From Vicugna vicugna (taxonomy: Eukaryota): a stretch of DNA of 64,000 bases. The DNA lies in assembly GCA_013265495.1 (NCBI GenBank), contig MU058337.1:7174716-7238715 (forward strand). The letters are read 5' to 3'. Shown piece after piece: positions 47,669 through 58,288 of this stretch. The notes beneath the pieces were generated by a model that was not told the origin of the DNA, ran no database searches, and saw nothing but the letters and a program-made list of their open reading frames with translations. The first letter of the stretch is position 1. Each line of letters begins with the position of its first letter. The position numbers and the translations under genes are program-made.

Positions 47669-50600
47669 TTAGATTCCACATATGAGCGATCTCATATGGT
47701 ATTTTTCTTTCTCTTTCTGGCTTACTTCACTTAGAATGACATTCTCTAGGAGCATCCATGTTGCTGCAAATGGCATTATGTTGTCGGTTTTTATGGCTGA
47801 GTAGTATTCCATTGTATAAATATACCACATCTTCTTTATCCAGTCACCTGTTGATGGACATTTAGGCTGTTTCCATGTTTTGGCTATTGTAAATAGTGCT
47901 GCTATGAACATTGGGGTGCAGGTGTCATCCTGAAGTAGATTTCCTTCTGGGTACAAGCCCAGGAGTGGGATTCCTGGGTCATATGGTAAGTCTATTCCTA
48001 GTCTTTTGAGGAATCTCCACACTGTTTTCCATAGTGGCTGCACCAAACTGCATTCCCACCAGCAGTGTAGGAGGGTTCCCCTTTCTCCACAGCCTCTCCA
48101 GCATTTGTCATTTTTGGATTTTTGAATGACGGCCATTCTGACTGGTGTGAGGTGATACCTCATTGTAGTTTTGATTTGCATTTCTCTGATAATTAGTGAT
48201 ATTGAACATTTTTTCATGTGCTTTTTGATCATTTGTATGTCTTCCTTGGAGAATTGCTTGTTTAGGTCTTCTGCCCATTTTTGGATTGGGTTGTTTATTT
48301 TTTTCTTATTGAGTCGTATGAGCTGCTTATATATTTTGGAGATCAAGCCTTTGTCGGTTTCACTTGCAAAAATTTTCTCCCATTCCGTAGGTTTTCTTCT
48401 TGTTTTATTTCTGGTTTCCTTTGCTCTGCAGAAGCTTGTAAGTTTCATTAGGTCCCATTTGTTTATTCTTGCTTTTATTTCTTCTAGGAGAAAATTTTTG
48501 AAATGTATGTCAGATAATGTTTTGCCTATGTTTTCCTCTAGGAGGTTTATTGTATCTTGTCTTATGTTTAAGTCTTTAATCCATTTTGAGTTGATTTTTG
48601 TATATGGTGTAAGGGTGTGTTCTAGCTTCATTGTTTTACATGCTGCTGTCCAGTTTTCCCAACACCATTTGCTGAAGAGACTGTCTTTATTCCATTGTAT
48701 ATTCTTGCCTCCTTTGTCGAAGATGAGTTGACCAAAAGTTTGTGGGTTCATTTCTGGGCTCTCTATTCTGTTCCATTGGTCTATATGTCTGTTTTGGTAC
48801 CAATACCATGCTGTCTTGATGACTGTAGCTCTATAGTATTGTCTGAAGTCTGGGAGAGTTATTCCTCCAGCCTCTTTCTTTCTCTTCAGTAATGCTTTAG
48901 CAATTCTAGGTCTTTGATGGTTCCATATAAATTTTATTATGATTTGTTCTAGTTCTGTGAAATATGTCCTGGGTAATTGGATAGGGATTGCATTAAATCT
49001 GTAGATTGCCTTGGGCAGTGTGACCATTTTAACAATATTGATTCTTCCAATCCAAGAGCATGGAATATCTTTCCATTTTTTAAAGTCTTCTTTAATTTCC
49101 TTCATCAATGGTTTATAGTTTTCTGTGTATAATTCTTTCACCTCCTTGGTTAGATTTATTCCCAGATATTTTATTACTTTGGGTGCTATTTTAAAGGGGA
49201 TTGTTTCTTTACTTTCTTTTTCTGTTGATTTATCGTTAGTGTAAAGAAAGGCAACTGATTTTTGAACATTAATTTTGTAACCTGCTACCTTGCTGAATTC
49301 TTCGATCAGCTCTAGTAGCTTTTTTGTGGACCTTTTAGGGTTTTCTATATATAGTAACATGTCGTCAGCATATAATGACACTTTTACCTCTTCTTTTCCA
49401 ATTTGGATCCCTTTTATTTCTTTCTCTTGCCTGATTGCTGTGGCTAGGACTTCCAGGACTATGTTGAATAGGAGTGGTGATAGTGGGCATCCTTGTCTTG
49501 TCCCAGATTTTAGTGGGAAGCTTTTGAGTTTTTCACCGTTGAGAACTATGCTGGCTGTAGGTTTGTCATATATAGCTTTTATTATGTTGAGATATGTTCC
49601 CTCTATACCCACTTTGGCGAGAGTTTTTATCATAAATGGGTGTTGAATTTTATCAAATGCTTTTTCTGCATCGATTGAGATGATCATGTGGTTTTTGTCC
49701 TTTCTCTTGTTGATGTGATGTATTACATTGATTGATTTGCGTATGTTGAACCAGCCTTGTGTCCCTGGGATGAACCCCACTTGGTCATGATGTATAATCT
49801 TTTTTATGTGTTGTTGGATTCTATTTGCTAAAATTTTGGTGAGGATTTTGGCGTCTATGTTCATCAGTGATATTGGCCTATAATTCTCTTTTTTTGTAGT
49901 GTCTTTGCCTGGTTTTGGTATCAGGGTGATGGTGGCTTCATAGAATGAGTTTGGGAGTATTCCCTCCTTTTCAATCGTCTGGAAGAGTTTGAGAAGGACT
50001 GGTATGAGTTCTTCTTTGTATGTTTGGTAGAATTCCCCGGTGAAGCCATCCGGTCCTGGACTTTTATTTGTAGGGAGGTTTTTAATTGCTATTTCTATTT
50101 CCTTTCTAGTGATCGGATTGTTCAAGTGTTCAGTTTCTTCTTGATTCAGTTTTGGTGGACAGTATGTTTCCAGAAACTTGTCCATCTCCTCTAGGTTATC
50201 CAGTTTGGTTCCATATAGTTTTTCATAATATTCTCGTATGATATTCTGTATTTCTATTTTGTTTGTTGTAATTTCTCCATTTTCCTTTCTTATTTTGCTA
50301 ATTTGTGCTCTCTCTTTTTTCTTCTTTGTGAGTTTGGCCAGAGGTTTGTCGATTTTATTTACTTTTTCAAAAAACCAGCTTTTGGTTTGGTTGATTTTTT
50401 CTATGGTCTTGTTAATCTCTATTGTATTTAATTCCTCTCTGATCTTTATTATTTCCTTCCTTCTGCTGCTTTTTGGGGCTTTTTGTTCTTCTTTTTCTAA
50501 TTGATTCAGGTGGTGGGTTAACTTGTTTATTTGAGATTGTTCTTCTTTTTTGAGGAAGGCCTGTATCGCTATAAACTTCCCTCTTAGCACTGCCTTTGCT

Positions 50601-51466
50601 GTGTCCCATAGGTTTTGAGTGGTTGTGCTTTCATTATCATTTGTCTCAAGGTATTTTTTAATTTCAGCTTTGATTTCCTCATTGATCCATTGTTTTTTCA
50701 ATAACATATTGTTTAATCTCCATGCTTTTCTTTTTTTCTCCTTTGTTTCTCTGTTGTTGATTTCCAGTTTCATGGCATTGTGGTCAGTAAAGATGCTTGA
50801 GATAATTTCTATCTTCTTAAATTTGTTGAGGTTTCTTTTGTGTCCAAGTACATGATCGATCCTGGAAAATGTTCCATGTGCACTTGAAAAGAATGTATAT
50901 TCTATTTTTTGGGGGTGTAAAGCTCTGAAAATATCCACCAAATCTAGTTTTTCTATTGTAGTATTTAATTTCTCTGTTGCCTTGTTTATTTTCTGTCTGG
51001 AAGATCTGTCTAGTGATGTTAATGCAGTGTTAAAATCTCCAACTATGATTGTATTCCCATCAATATCCCCCTTTATCTCTGTTAGTAATTCTTGTATGTA
51101 CTTAGGTGCTCCTATATTGGGTGCATATATATTAACGAGTGTAATATCTTCATCTTGTATCACTCCTTTAATCATTATAAAATGTCCTTCTTTATCTTTC
51201 TTTATGGCCTTTGTTTTAAAGTCTATTTTGTCTGAAATCAGTACTGCAACACCTGCTTTTTTGGCTTTTCCATTTGCATGGAATATCCTTTTCCATCCTT
51301 TCACTCTCAATCTATATGTGTCCTTCTCCCTAAAGTGGGTCTCTTGTATGCAGCATATTGAAGGTTCTTGCTTTATTATCCAGTCTGCCACTCTATGTCT
51401 TTTGACTGGAGCATTTAGTCCATTAACATTTACAGTAATTAATGATAGATGTGTGTTTATTGCCAT
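47669..51466 (-). CDS. LINE-1 ORF2p (APE endonuclease, reverse transcriptase, CCHC domain), 1265 aa
   Basis: NVNGLN, IQETH, GDFNT and TDHN endonuclease motifs; QGCPLSP and LYADDM RT motifs; [18 protein letters not shown]; no internal stop. Confidence 0.98.
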   Translation of the reverse strand: MAINTHLSLITVNVNGLNAPVKRHRVADWIIKQEPSICCIQETHFREKDTYRLRVKGWKRIFHANGKAKKAGVAVLISDKIDFKTKAIKKDKEGHFIMIKGVIQDEDITLVNIYAPNIGAPKYIQELLTEIKGDIDGNTIIVGDFNTALTSLDRSSRQKINKATEKLNTTIEKLDLVDIFRALHPQKIEYTFFSSAHGTFSRIDHVLGHKRNLNKFKKIEIISSIFTDHNAMKLEINNRETKEKKRKAWRLNNMLLKKQWINEEIKAEIKKYLETNDNESTTTQNLWDTAKAVLRGKFIAIQAFLKKEEQSQINKLTHHLNQLEKEEQKAPKSSRRKEIIKIREELNTIEINKTIEKINQTKSWFFEKVNKIDKPLAKLTKKKKERAQISKIRKENGEITTNKIEIQNIIREYYEKLYGTKLDNLEEMDKFLETYCPPKLNQEETEHLNNPITRKEIEIAIKNLPTNKSPGPDGFTGEFYQTYKEELIPVLLKLFQTIEKEGILPNSFYEATITLIPKPGKDTTKKENYRPISLMNIDAKILTKILANRIQQHIKKIIHHDQVGFIPGTQGWFNIRKSINVIHHINKRKDKNHMIISIDAEKAFDKIQHPFMIKTLAKVGIEGTYLNIIKAIYDKPTASIVLNGEKLKSFPLKSGTRQGCPLSPLLFNIVLEVLATAIRQEKEIKGIQIGKEEVKVSLYADDMLLYIENPKRSTKKLLELIEEFSKVAGYKINVQKSVAFLYTNDKSTEKESKETIPFKIAPKVIKYLGINLTKEVKELYTENYKPLMKEIKEDFKKWKDIPCSWIGRINIVKMVTLPKAIYRFNAIPIQLPRTYFTELEQIIIKFIWNHQRPRIAKALLKRKKEAGGITLPDFRQYYRATVIKTAWYWYQNRHIDQWNRIESPEMNPQTFGQLIFDKGGKNIQWNKDSLFSKWCWENWTAACKTMKLEHTLTPYTKINSKWIKDLNIRQDTINLLEENIGKTLSDIHFKNFLLEEIKARINKWDLMKLTSFCRAKETRNKTRRKPTEWEKIFASETDKGLISKIYKQLIRLNKKKINNPIQKWAEDLNKQFSKEDIQMIKKHMKKCSISLIIREMQIKTTMRYHLTPVRMAVIQKSKNDKCWRGCGERGTLLHCWWECSLVQPLWKTVWRFLKRLGIDLPYDPGIPLLGLYPEGNLLQDDTCTPMFIAALFTIAKTWKQPKCPSTGDWIKKMWYIYTMEYYSAIKTDNIMPFAATWMLLENVILSEVSQKEKEKYHMRSLICGI

Positions 51467-51863
51467 TTTGAACTTATCTTTGCAGTTGAATTGGTATATC
51501 CTCTTTGTTCCTTTCTTCTTCCTTTTGTGGTTTGGTAATTTTCCTTTGTATTATCATGGATTTTATTTAATTTTTGTGACTCCCTTGTAAATTTTTGACT
51601 TGTGGTTACCCTTTTTTGTAAATCTATTAACCTATACCCGTTTTTAATAAACTGATAATAACATGATCTCAAACCCATCCTACTGTTAAAAAAATTTAAA
51701 AAAGAAAGAAAAAAAATTCTATATTTCCCTGCCTCCCTCTCCCACTCTCAGTGATTTGTATGTCTTCTTTTATAATTTCGTGTTTTCTTTATTTGTAATT
51801 CATGAGTTATCACCTTTCCAGTTGTACGTTTCTCATTTCTGTAGCATCCTGCTGCTTTTCTAT

Positions 51864-52766
51864 TTAGAATAGCCCTTTCAATATTTCTTTTAGCATGGGT
51901 TTAGTGTTGCTAAACTCCTGCAGCTTTTTTTTGTCTGTGAAACTCTTTATTTCTCCTTCTATCCTAAAGGATAGCCTTGCTGGATAAAGTATCCTAGGCT
52001 GCATCTTTTTTTCATTCAGGGCTTTGAATATATCTTGCCACTCCCTTCTGGCCTGTAGTGTTTGTGTAGAGAAATCAGCTGAGAGCCTTATGGGGGTTCC
52101 CTTGTAGTTCACTCTTTGCTTTTCTCTTGCTGCCTTTAGAATCATTTCTTTATCCTTGACTCTGGCCATCTTGATTATGATATGTCTTGGTGTGGGTCTA
52201 TTTGGGTTCTTCCTGTTTGGGACCCTCTGAGCTTCCTGTACTTGGATATCTGATTCCTTCTTTAAGTTTGGGAAGTTTTCAGTCATGATTTCTTCAAAAA
52301 CCTTTTCAATCCCCTTTGATCCTTCTTCCCCTTCTGGGACCCCTATTATGCGAAGATTGGGACGCTTTATATTATCCCATAGGTCCCTTATGCTATTATC
52401 ATTATTTTTTATTTGCTTATCTTGTAGTTCTTCTGAATGGGTGCTTTCTGTTGCCCTGTCTTCTAGATCACTAATTCGTTCCTCTGCATTAACTAGTCGG
52501 CTTTGCACAGCTGTTAGATCATTCCTCATCTCTGTCATTGAGTTTTCCCATTTTGCTTGGCTCTTCTTTATAGCTTCAATTTCATTTTTGACATATTTTA
52601 TTTCTCTAAGCATTATCTCTTTTAATTCCTTCAGCAATTTGATCACTCCTTTTTTGAAATCTTGATCTAGTAGGCTATCGATGTCTATTTCATTGAGCTT
52701 TCTTTCAGGGGATTCCTCTTGTTCTTTTAATTGGGAAAGGTTTCTCTGCTTCTTCATCTTGCTCAT
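51864..52766 (-). CDS. LINE-1 ORF1p (coiled coil, RRM, CTD), 300 aa
   Basis: LWDNIKRPNLRIIGVPE, TPRHIIIK, ARREW and YPARLSF motifs. Confidence 0.97.
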   Translation of the reverse strand: MSKMKKQRNLSQLKEQEESPERKLNEIDIDSLLDQDFKKGVIKLLKELKEIMLREIKYVKNEIEAIKKSQAKWENSMTEMRNDLTAVQSRLVNAEERISDLEDRATESTHSEELQDKQIKNNDNSIRDLWDNIKRPNLRIIGVPEGEEGSKGIEKVFEEIMTENFPNLKKESDIQVQEAQRVPNRKNPNRPTPRHIIIKMARVKDKEMILKAAREKQRVNYKGTPIRLSADFSTQTLQARREWQDIFKALNEKKMQPRILYPARLSFRIEGEIKSFTDKKKLQEFSNTKPMLKEILKGLF

Positions 52767-53389
52767 ACCTCTCTGGCACTGTGGTTTATGGAGTATCAGT
52801 TGTCTATTTTGGATCTTAAGGATTTTATCTATCTAATGCCTATTTAGGAATAGAACTTAGGAAAAAAAAAGAAAAAAGAAAAAAAAGAAAAAAAAGAGAA
52901 AAAAATAAGAGAGAGAGAGAAAGATTTTTAAAAGAAGGGAGAAAGAGGGTTTGAAAACAATGTATAATGAATAATAGAAGAGTGGGTTGAAGCAGAGTAT
53001 TAATCGGGTGGAGACGTCCTTTTAAAACCTTTAAAAAAAAGGGGGGGGTGGGGAGATGAATATATGTGTTTGAAGCCTGTGTCTAATCAATAACAGGACA
53101 TCAAAACCCAAGAGAAATAGAAATGAATTAAGAAGTAAAAATTAAGAGAGTAATTGAAAATAGAACAGGTAAAAATAGATTTAAGAACAAAAAACAAATA
53201 ACAACAACAACAAAAAAAAAACAAAAACAAAAACAAAAACAAAAAAAAAAAAGGGGGTTGTCGGTGTTCTCCTGGAGTCTGTGTGCTTTTAATGTGAAGT
53301 CCTTCCGTCTTCGTCCTGTTTTGGAAGCTCAGCTTGTTTTCATAGGCCCTCCGTTGGCGCCCTCTTCTGTGCTGCTCCCAGCACCTGTC

Positions 53390-53466
53390 NNNNNNNNNNN
53401 NNNNNNNNNNNNNNNNNNNNNNNNNNNNNNNNNNNNNNNNNNNNNNNNNNNNNNNNNNNNNNNNNN
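53390..53466. other. Assembly gap (77 N) inside the L1 5' UTR
   Basis: Run of N. Confidence 1.
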
Positions 53467-54557
53467 GCAGTCAGATGTTGCAGACTGGCCAGGCAGGAGG
53501 GCGGGTCGTGCCCCTTCCCAGCACCTCGGTCAGGGGTTGTGTTCCTGCCCGACAGGCGGGGGGCCGCTCTCCCCCTGCCTGCGCTGCCGGTAGCTCCGCT
53601 GCTCTGTGCGGCTGCGCGCTCTGCGCCGACGCTCCGCCCTGGTCGCGCTCCGCCCCGGTCGGCACTCCGCCCTGGTCGCGCTCCGCGGGTGGGCTCGGGG
53701 AAGACCGAGGGGCAGCCTCGTCCCTGCGCCGAGCCAAGACCCAGCTGCTTGTTTGTCTTTGTGGAGCAAGTTCTCTGGGGGACCAGAATGGAAGGATCCT
53801 ATCTGCCCAGGGCTGTAGGCCCGTCTCAGTCTGGCCCTTGAGGCTGCTAAGCCCTTCGGTGCGGACGCAGGTTTCGCCTCTGCCCCCGCCTGGGTGCTAA
53901 GCGCCGGAGAATATGGCGGCTCTGCCTGGGCCCTGCCCCTCTTCCCATGAAAAGTTTCCGCCGGTTTTCAGAGATGGGAGTATGCACCCTTCCCCCGAGA
54001 GCACATCAACCTTGTGTTTTATGGAGGGCCCAGGTTGTTCTGTCCTGTACACCCGCAGCCCCAGCGCCCAGCCCCTTGCAGTCCCCTGGAGCTGCCTCCA
54101 TGCAGCCGCCCCCGTCCTCCGCCCGGCTTGTGCAGCCTGGCCCTGCCCGCCGCTGCCGGCCCGCGTCTCAGGCTGGGTGTCGGGGGGACGCTCTGTGCCC
54201 GTTTAACTTAGCTCTGTCAGACAAGGGCTGCTCTGTACAGATCCGAGCCTCGGAGGCTCCCCCTCCGTCCCGCCGGCCTCCCAGCCGGAGAAGGGAGACC
54301 CAGCGAGCGAGCGCCAGTCCTCCTTTGCCGCTCCCTCCCCGCGGGACCCGTCCCGCGCTGCTTTGCCTTTTGTTCTTTCTTTTTTCCTTTTCTCCTACCA
54401 GATTTTTGGCGTCTTTATCTTTTGAAGAGGGCGATGATCTGTTGGAGTTCCGCAGGTGCTCTGGTTGGCTGAGTGGGTCTGTAGATGTGGGTCTTGGTGT
54501 ATTTGTGGGAGAGGGTGACTTACAAGCGTCCTTCTACTCCGCCATCTTGCCCGGAAG
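53467..54557 (-). promoter_or_regulatory. L1 5' UTR CpG island / internal promoter
   Basis: Dense undecayed CpGs, GC boxes, and YY1 motif CAAGATGGC at the 5' end. Confidence 0.85.
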
Positions 54558-56179
54558 TCAAAAACTATGTAATTATTATTGCAGTGTTATATTAAAATTT
54601 TTTTAGAAGTCAGTTTTTAAATTTTGACATTTTAATGTTGAAACAATGTCTCTTGTGGTCACGAAGATACATTTTCCCAATATTAGTCACTCACTTTCAA
54701 CCGAACTTGAGGGGGGAGCAAGATTTTTTTGACATAGCTTTGCAGGGCAAGGTCCTGATGTTGATAATACTGTCACCAAGTTATTAAGCTTCCCTTCCTC
54801 TCCAGTGACAAGTGACAAAGGTAAAGATGTATCTATTCTTTAACTCCTGAACTTAGACTGATCGATGGTAATGATGCAAGTTCACTGTAGCAATCTTGCA
54901 AACTAAGAACTGTGCAGCGCTTGAAGAACTATGCTTTATCACACGTTGATGTTTTCTCATATTTGAAAGTAAATATTCAGGAATAACAATACATGTAAAT
55001 AGCATCCCTTGTATTACTGGTGTCACTATGCTCATGAGAGTTGATGGTAACCTAGGTGCATGAGGTCAGGATGCCTGAGAAGAGAGAGAAGTTGGCTCTT
55101 TGACCTTCCAAAGGTGCTGCTGATTGCACAGCTGAATCATAGATTTTGGCTGAAAGCCAGGACTAAGCATCCTTGAAGCCTTATCTGTTACTGGGTATTT
55201 TTCAAGAAAGGTTTCCTGGTCTCTCTGCTGAACATTTTTTGGGAAGATGAGCTACAACAAGATTCAGACCACATGCCGGGTGACTCCTGGGGGCTCACTT
55301 AAGCATCTTTGGGGGATGGATAGCTCTGACCCATCTGTTCTCTCCGTAGGGACACGTTGAGGGAGAATCTGCCCTGTGCCCAAACCATCAGAGCAACGCC
55401 CAACACCAAGCTGGCCATCAACTCATTTTTGTTGAAGGTATGAATGAGTGAAGGAATGAATGAATGTCGGGTAAATGGCAGCAGTATCCACATTTTGTTT
55501 CAGATAAGACCAGTATTTATCTGCCTAAGGACGTGGGGCCGTGACCTATCTAAAGGCAGAGGGTTTGACCTTCTGATTTGAGATCCTTTCTGACCCCCAA
55601 GAGCTTTGCTAGAAACACATCGGGGACTCCTGGGGCTCCACCTGGGGGAGGTTTTAGAAAGGCAGGTGGCCCACTCCACCAGAGCCCAGGCAGGGTAGGG
55701 AGGGCGGGCGAGGGTTGGAAAGAGACTCCCTGGAGGGAAGGGGCGAAAACCTGTGTGCGGACGCCTCCCGCTGCAGCCCTGGCGTCTCCTTCAGAGCAGG
55801 GCTTCTTAAATTGCTGTTGAATGGCTCTGACTCATCACCTGATGCTCGTTTCTGCTCCTACTTTGCATTATAGAAACCTTATCTCGTGAGTCAGGATCAG
55901 AGATAAAAACCTGAGGGGGGAGGGGCGGGGTTAAGGCTGCGTAGGGGGAGGGAGGAGGGAAGAAGCCCCTCATAAATGCCCTCTTTGCCTGGGAGGGCTT
56001 CTCTCGTCCTGAGGAGCCCTCTGCCCTCACTTTGGGCTGCGGGGGGGCAGAGGGGAGCTAGGAGCTCATCTGAAAGGGGAAACTGCTCCCACACCCTCTG
56101 GTTTTTCCGCGGGGTCATCCTTGCCAGGCTGGTCCCTCTAAACCAGGAGTCCCTGACTGCTGAATCAGGTGTGGCTTAT

Positions 56180-56515
56180 TTTTTTAATTGAGGTATAGTT
56201 GATTTACATTATTAGGTGTACAGCATAATGCTTCAATTTTTTATAGCTTATACTCCACTGAAAGTTATTAGGAAAGGATGGCTGTTATTTCCCTGCGCGG
56301 GACAAAGTATCCTTGTTGCTGATCTGTTTTGTACAGGATGGGTTCTGTCTATTAATCCCCTTCTCCTATCTTGCCCCCACCCCTTTCCTGTCCTCGCTGG
56401 TAACCACTAGCTTGTTTTCTGTATCTGTGAATATTTCTGTTTTGTTATATACATTCAATTGTTTTCTTTTTACGGTCTATGTATAAGTGATGACAGAGTA
56501 TTTGTCTTTCTCGGT
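56180..56515 (-). mobile_element. Artiodactyl L1 3'-end fragment
   Basis: ttttttaattgaggtatagttgatttaca...ggtaaccactagcttgttttctgtatctgtga. Confidence 0.8.
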
Positions 56516-56532
56516 CTGACAGGTGTGACTCT

Positions 56533-57033
56533 TATAAGGGCATATAAATTAAAAATAAGACGCTTAATTCTTCCAGTTGAAAGGAGGGGGGAAAAGCCTT
56601 CCCCTAACCTTTTCCTTCTCTTTCAGAATTTCTTCATCTCTGTGTACGTAAATCTGTTTAATGGCCAGAGAAGCCACTTGAAGTCTCATAACTCAGGATG
56701 GTTTCCTCAAGGACCTGGAGCCACTCCTTTGCAATGTAACATCAGGGAAGATCAGCCCCATCTCCCAGTTTCCAGGGAGGAGATGGGCCTGAGTTGTCAC
56801 CTGAGTCTGCATTGCAAAACCTGCAAATGTAATCAGTTTACCCACTCAGCCGCCTAAGAGGGAGACTGCTTCCCTGTCTGTCTTTGCAACCTCTTCAGCA
56901 GGTTGCCTGCCTTACTCAGCACATTCTGGTTTAATGCCTGTTCAGTAGTAAAACTGTTTTCTTTCTGTTTTCCCACCGTAGAGAGGTTTTAGGGGGTTAG
57001 GAGCAGATTTTGTTTTTATTTCTATTCCCCACA
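56533..57033 (+). mobile_element. Probable ERV1 (MER34-like) solo LTR
   Basis: Ends ...gattttgtttttatttctattccccaca; degenerate 4-bp TSD ctct/cttt. Confidence 0.6.
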
Positions 57034-57711
57034 CTTTTTACAGCACCAGGAATGAAGTTCATGTCAAGGGCAGCAGGGAGACGTGAATCCTCTTATTGAC
57101 CAGACAAAGGCTGTCCCAGCCCAGCCCTCTGCGGCTTCTCTCCCGGATTTTTAGCCGCTGATTTTTTGCTGTGAGCAGAACATGCTCTGTGAGCATCAAA
57201 ATATTGAGCTTAAATCTTGGGGAACAAGATTTCATAAGTGTCCCGAGAGGATGCTGATGGCCCACGTGCTTTGAGTCCATCTCCAACCTGAGAGGCCAGG
57301 GAGATTCCTATGAATTGCGTCGCACCAGGTGGCATCAAATCCCCTGCTCACTCATCCTTGTGCAGCCTTCCCCTGACTGTGCCTGTCCTCCCATTCAGCA
57401 AGCCAGCAAAATCAAAGAGGCCCTCCCACTGCACAGGGCATAATTACCTGCCCCAAGATACTCCCCTCCCTTATTGCCAGGCATCTTTACCTGAGTCACA
57501 GCCCAGGACTCTCCTGAGTTGGAGCTGAATTAGCTTTAACCAGTGTCTTCTTTAGTGATACAGAATCAGCTGGAAAGGCTCTGCGGGCACACTCACACCT
57601 CAGTCTGTTTGCTTTTTGCAAATGTCCACCAAGACATCTCGCTTTGAGATCAAGCTTTGGAAGGAGAAGTTGAGGACAGAAGAAAGATGGATTAAGAAAA
57701 AGTTATTTTAG

Positions 57712-57800
57712 TGGGGGAGGGTAATAACTCAGGGGTAGAGCACATGCTTAACATGCAAAAGGTCCTGGGTTCAATCCCCACTACTTCCATTTAAAAAAAA
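57712..57800 (+). mobile_element. vic-1-like SINE
   Basis: ggggagggtaataactcaggggtagagcacatgctta...ggtcctgggttcaatcccc; degenerate TSD aagaaaaagttattttag / aagaaaaaagtgactttag. Confidence 0.85.
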
Positions 57801-57858
57801 TGTAAGAAAAAAGTGACTTTAGAGCTGGACATGTAAATAGAGGGCAGGGGGAGAGGTA

Positions 57859-58288
57859 TGTTAGGACGCTTCTGTACAGCTCAGGAAACCAGCCTGCCGT
57901 ATAAGTCAGACTTGTAGGCGGTCGGACCACTATCTCTAGTCCAGAAAGCTGAACGGTAATCCTTCTAGCAATTGGGCAAAGATGGCCAGGACTTGATTAA
58001 CATCTGCCAGCTTCCCTATTTTTTGTCATCATTTCCACTTGGGGCCAATCAGAGAAAGCCAAACATGTACTTCAACCAATCACATGGGAGCTGCACTCCT
58101 AGTTGGCCCACCTCCAGCTTCCCAGGCCTCCAGTCAGAGCTTTGTCTCTTCTCTAAGAAGCTCTCCCACCCCCTTGCAGGCCCTTGAGTCTCTGCCAAAT
58201 GCAAATGGTGGTGGCCACCTCCCTTGATACAGCAAGTGCTCAATAAATGGCCTCTGCTTTTCTCATTTGATTGCTCTTTATTTCCACA
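57859..58288 (+). mobile_element. Probable ERVL-class solo LTR
   Basis: TG...CA ends, two CCAATCA boxes, AATAAA at about 58242, end tttatttccaca. Confidence 0.6.

Larger units (their letters stand above)
47346..54557 (-). mobile_element. Full-length young LINE-1 (about 7.2 kb), both ORFs open
   Basis: Perfect 20-bp TSD tcaaaaactatgtaattatt at 47326-47345 and 54558-54577; 5' end CTTCCGGGCAAGATGGCGG with YY1 motif; CpG-rich 5' UTR; ORF1; ORF2; AATAAA plus A tail. Confidence 0.98.

Noticed and set aside
48171..52665. Plus-strand ORFs of 65-202 aa (e.g. 48171-48731, 50982-51590, 52285-52665)
   Set aside because: Well-known antisense shadow frames of L1 ORF1 and ORF2
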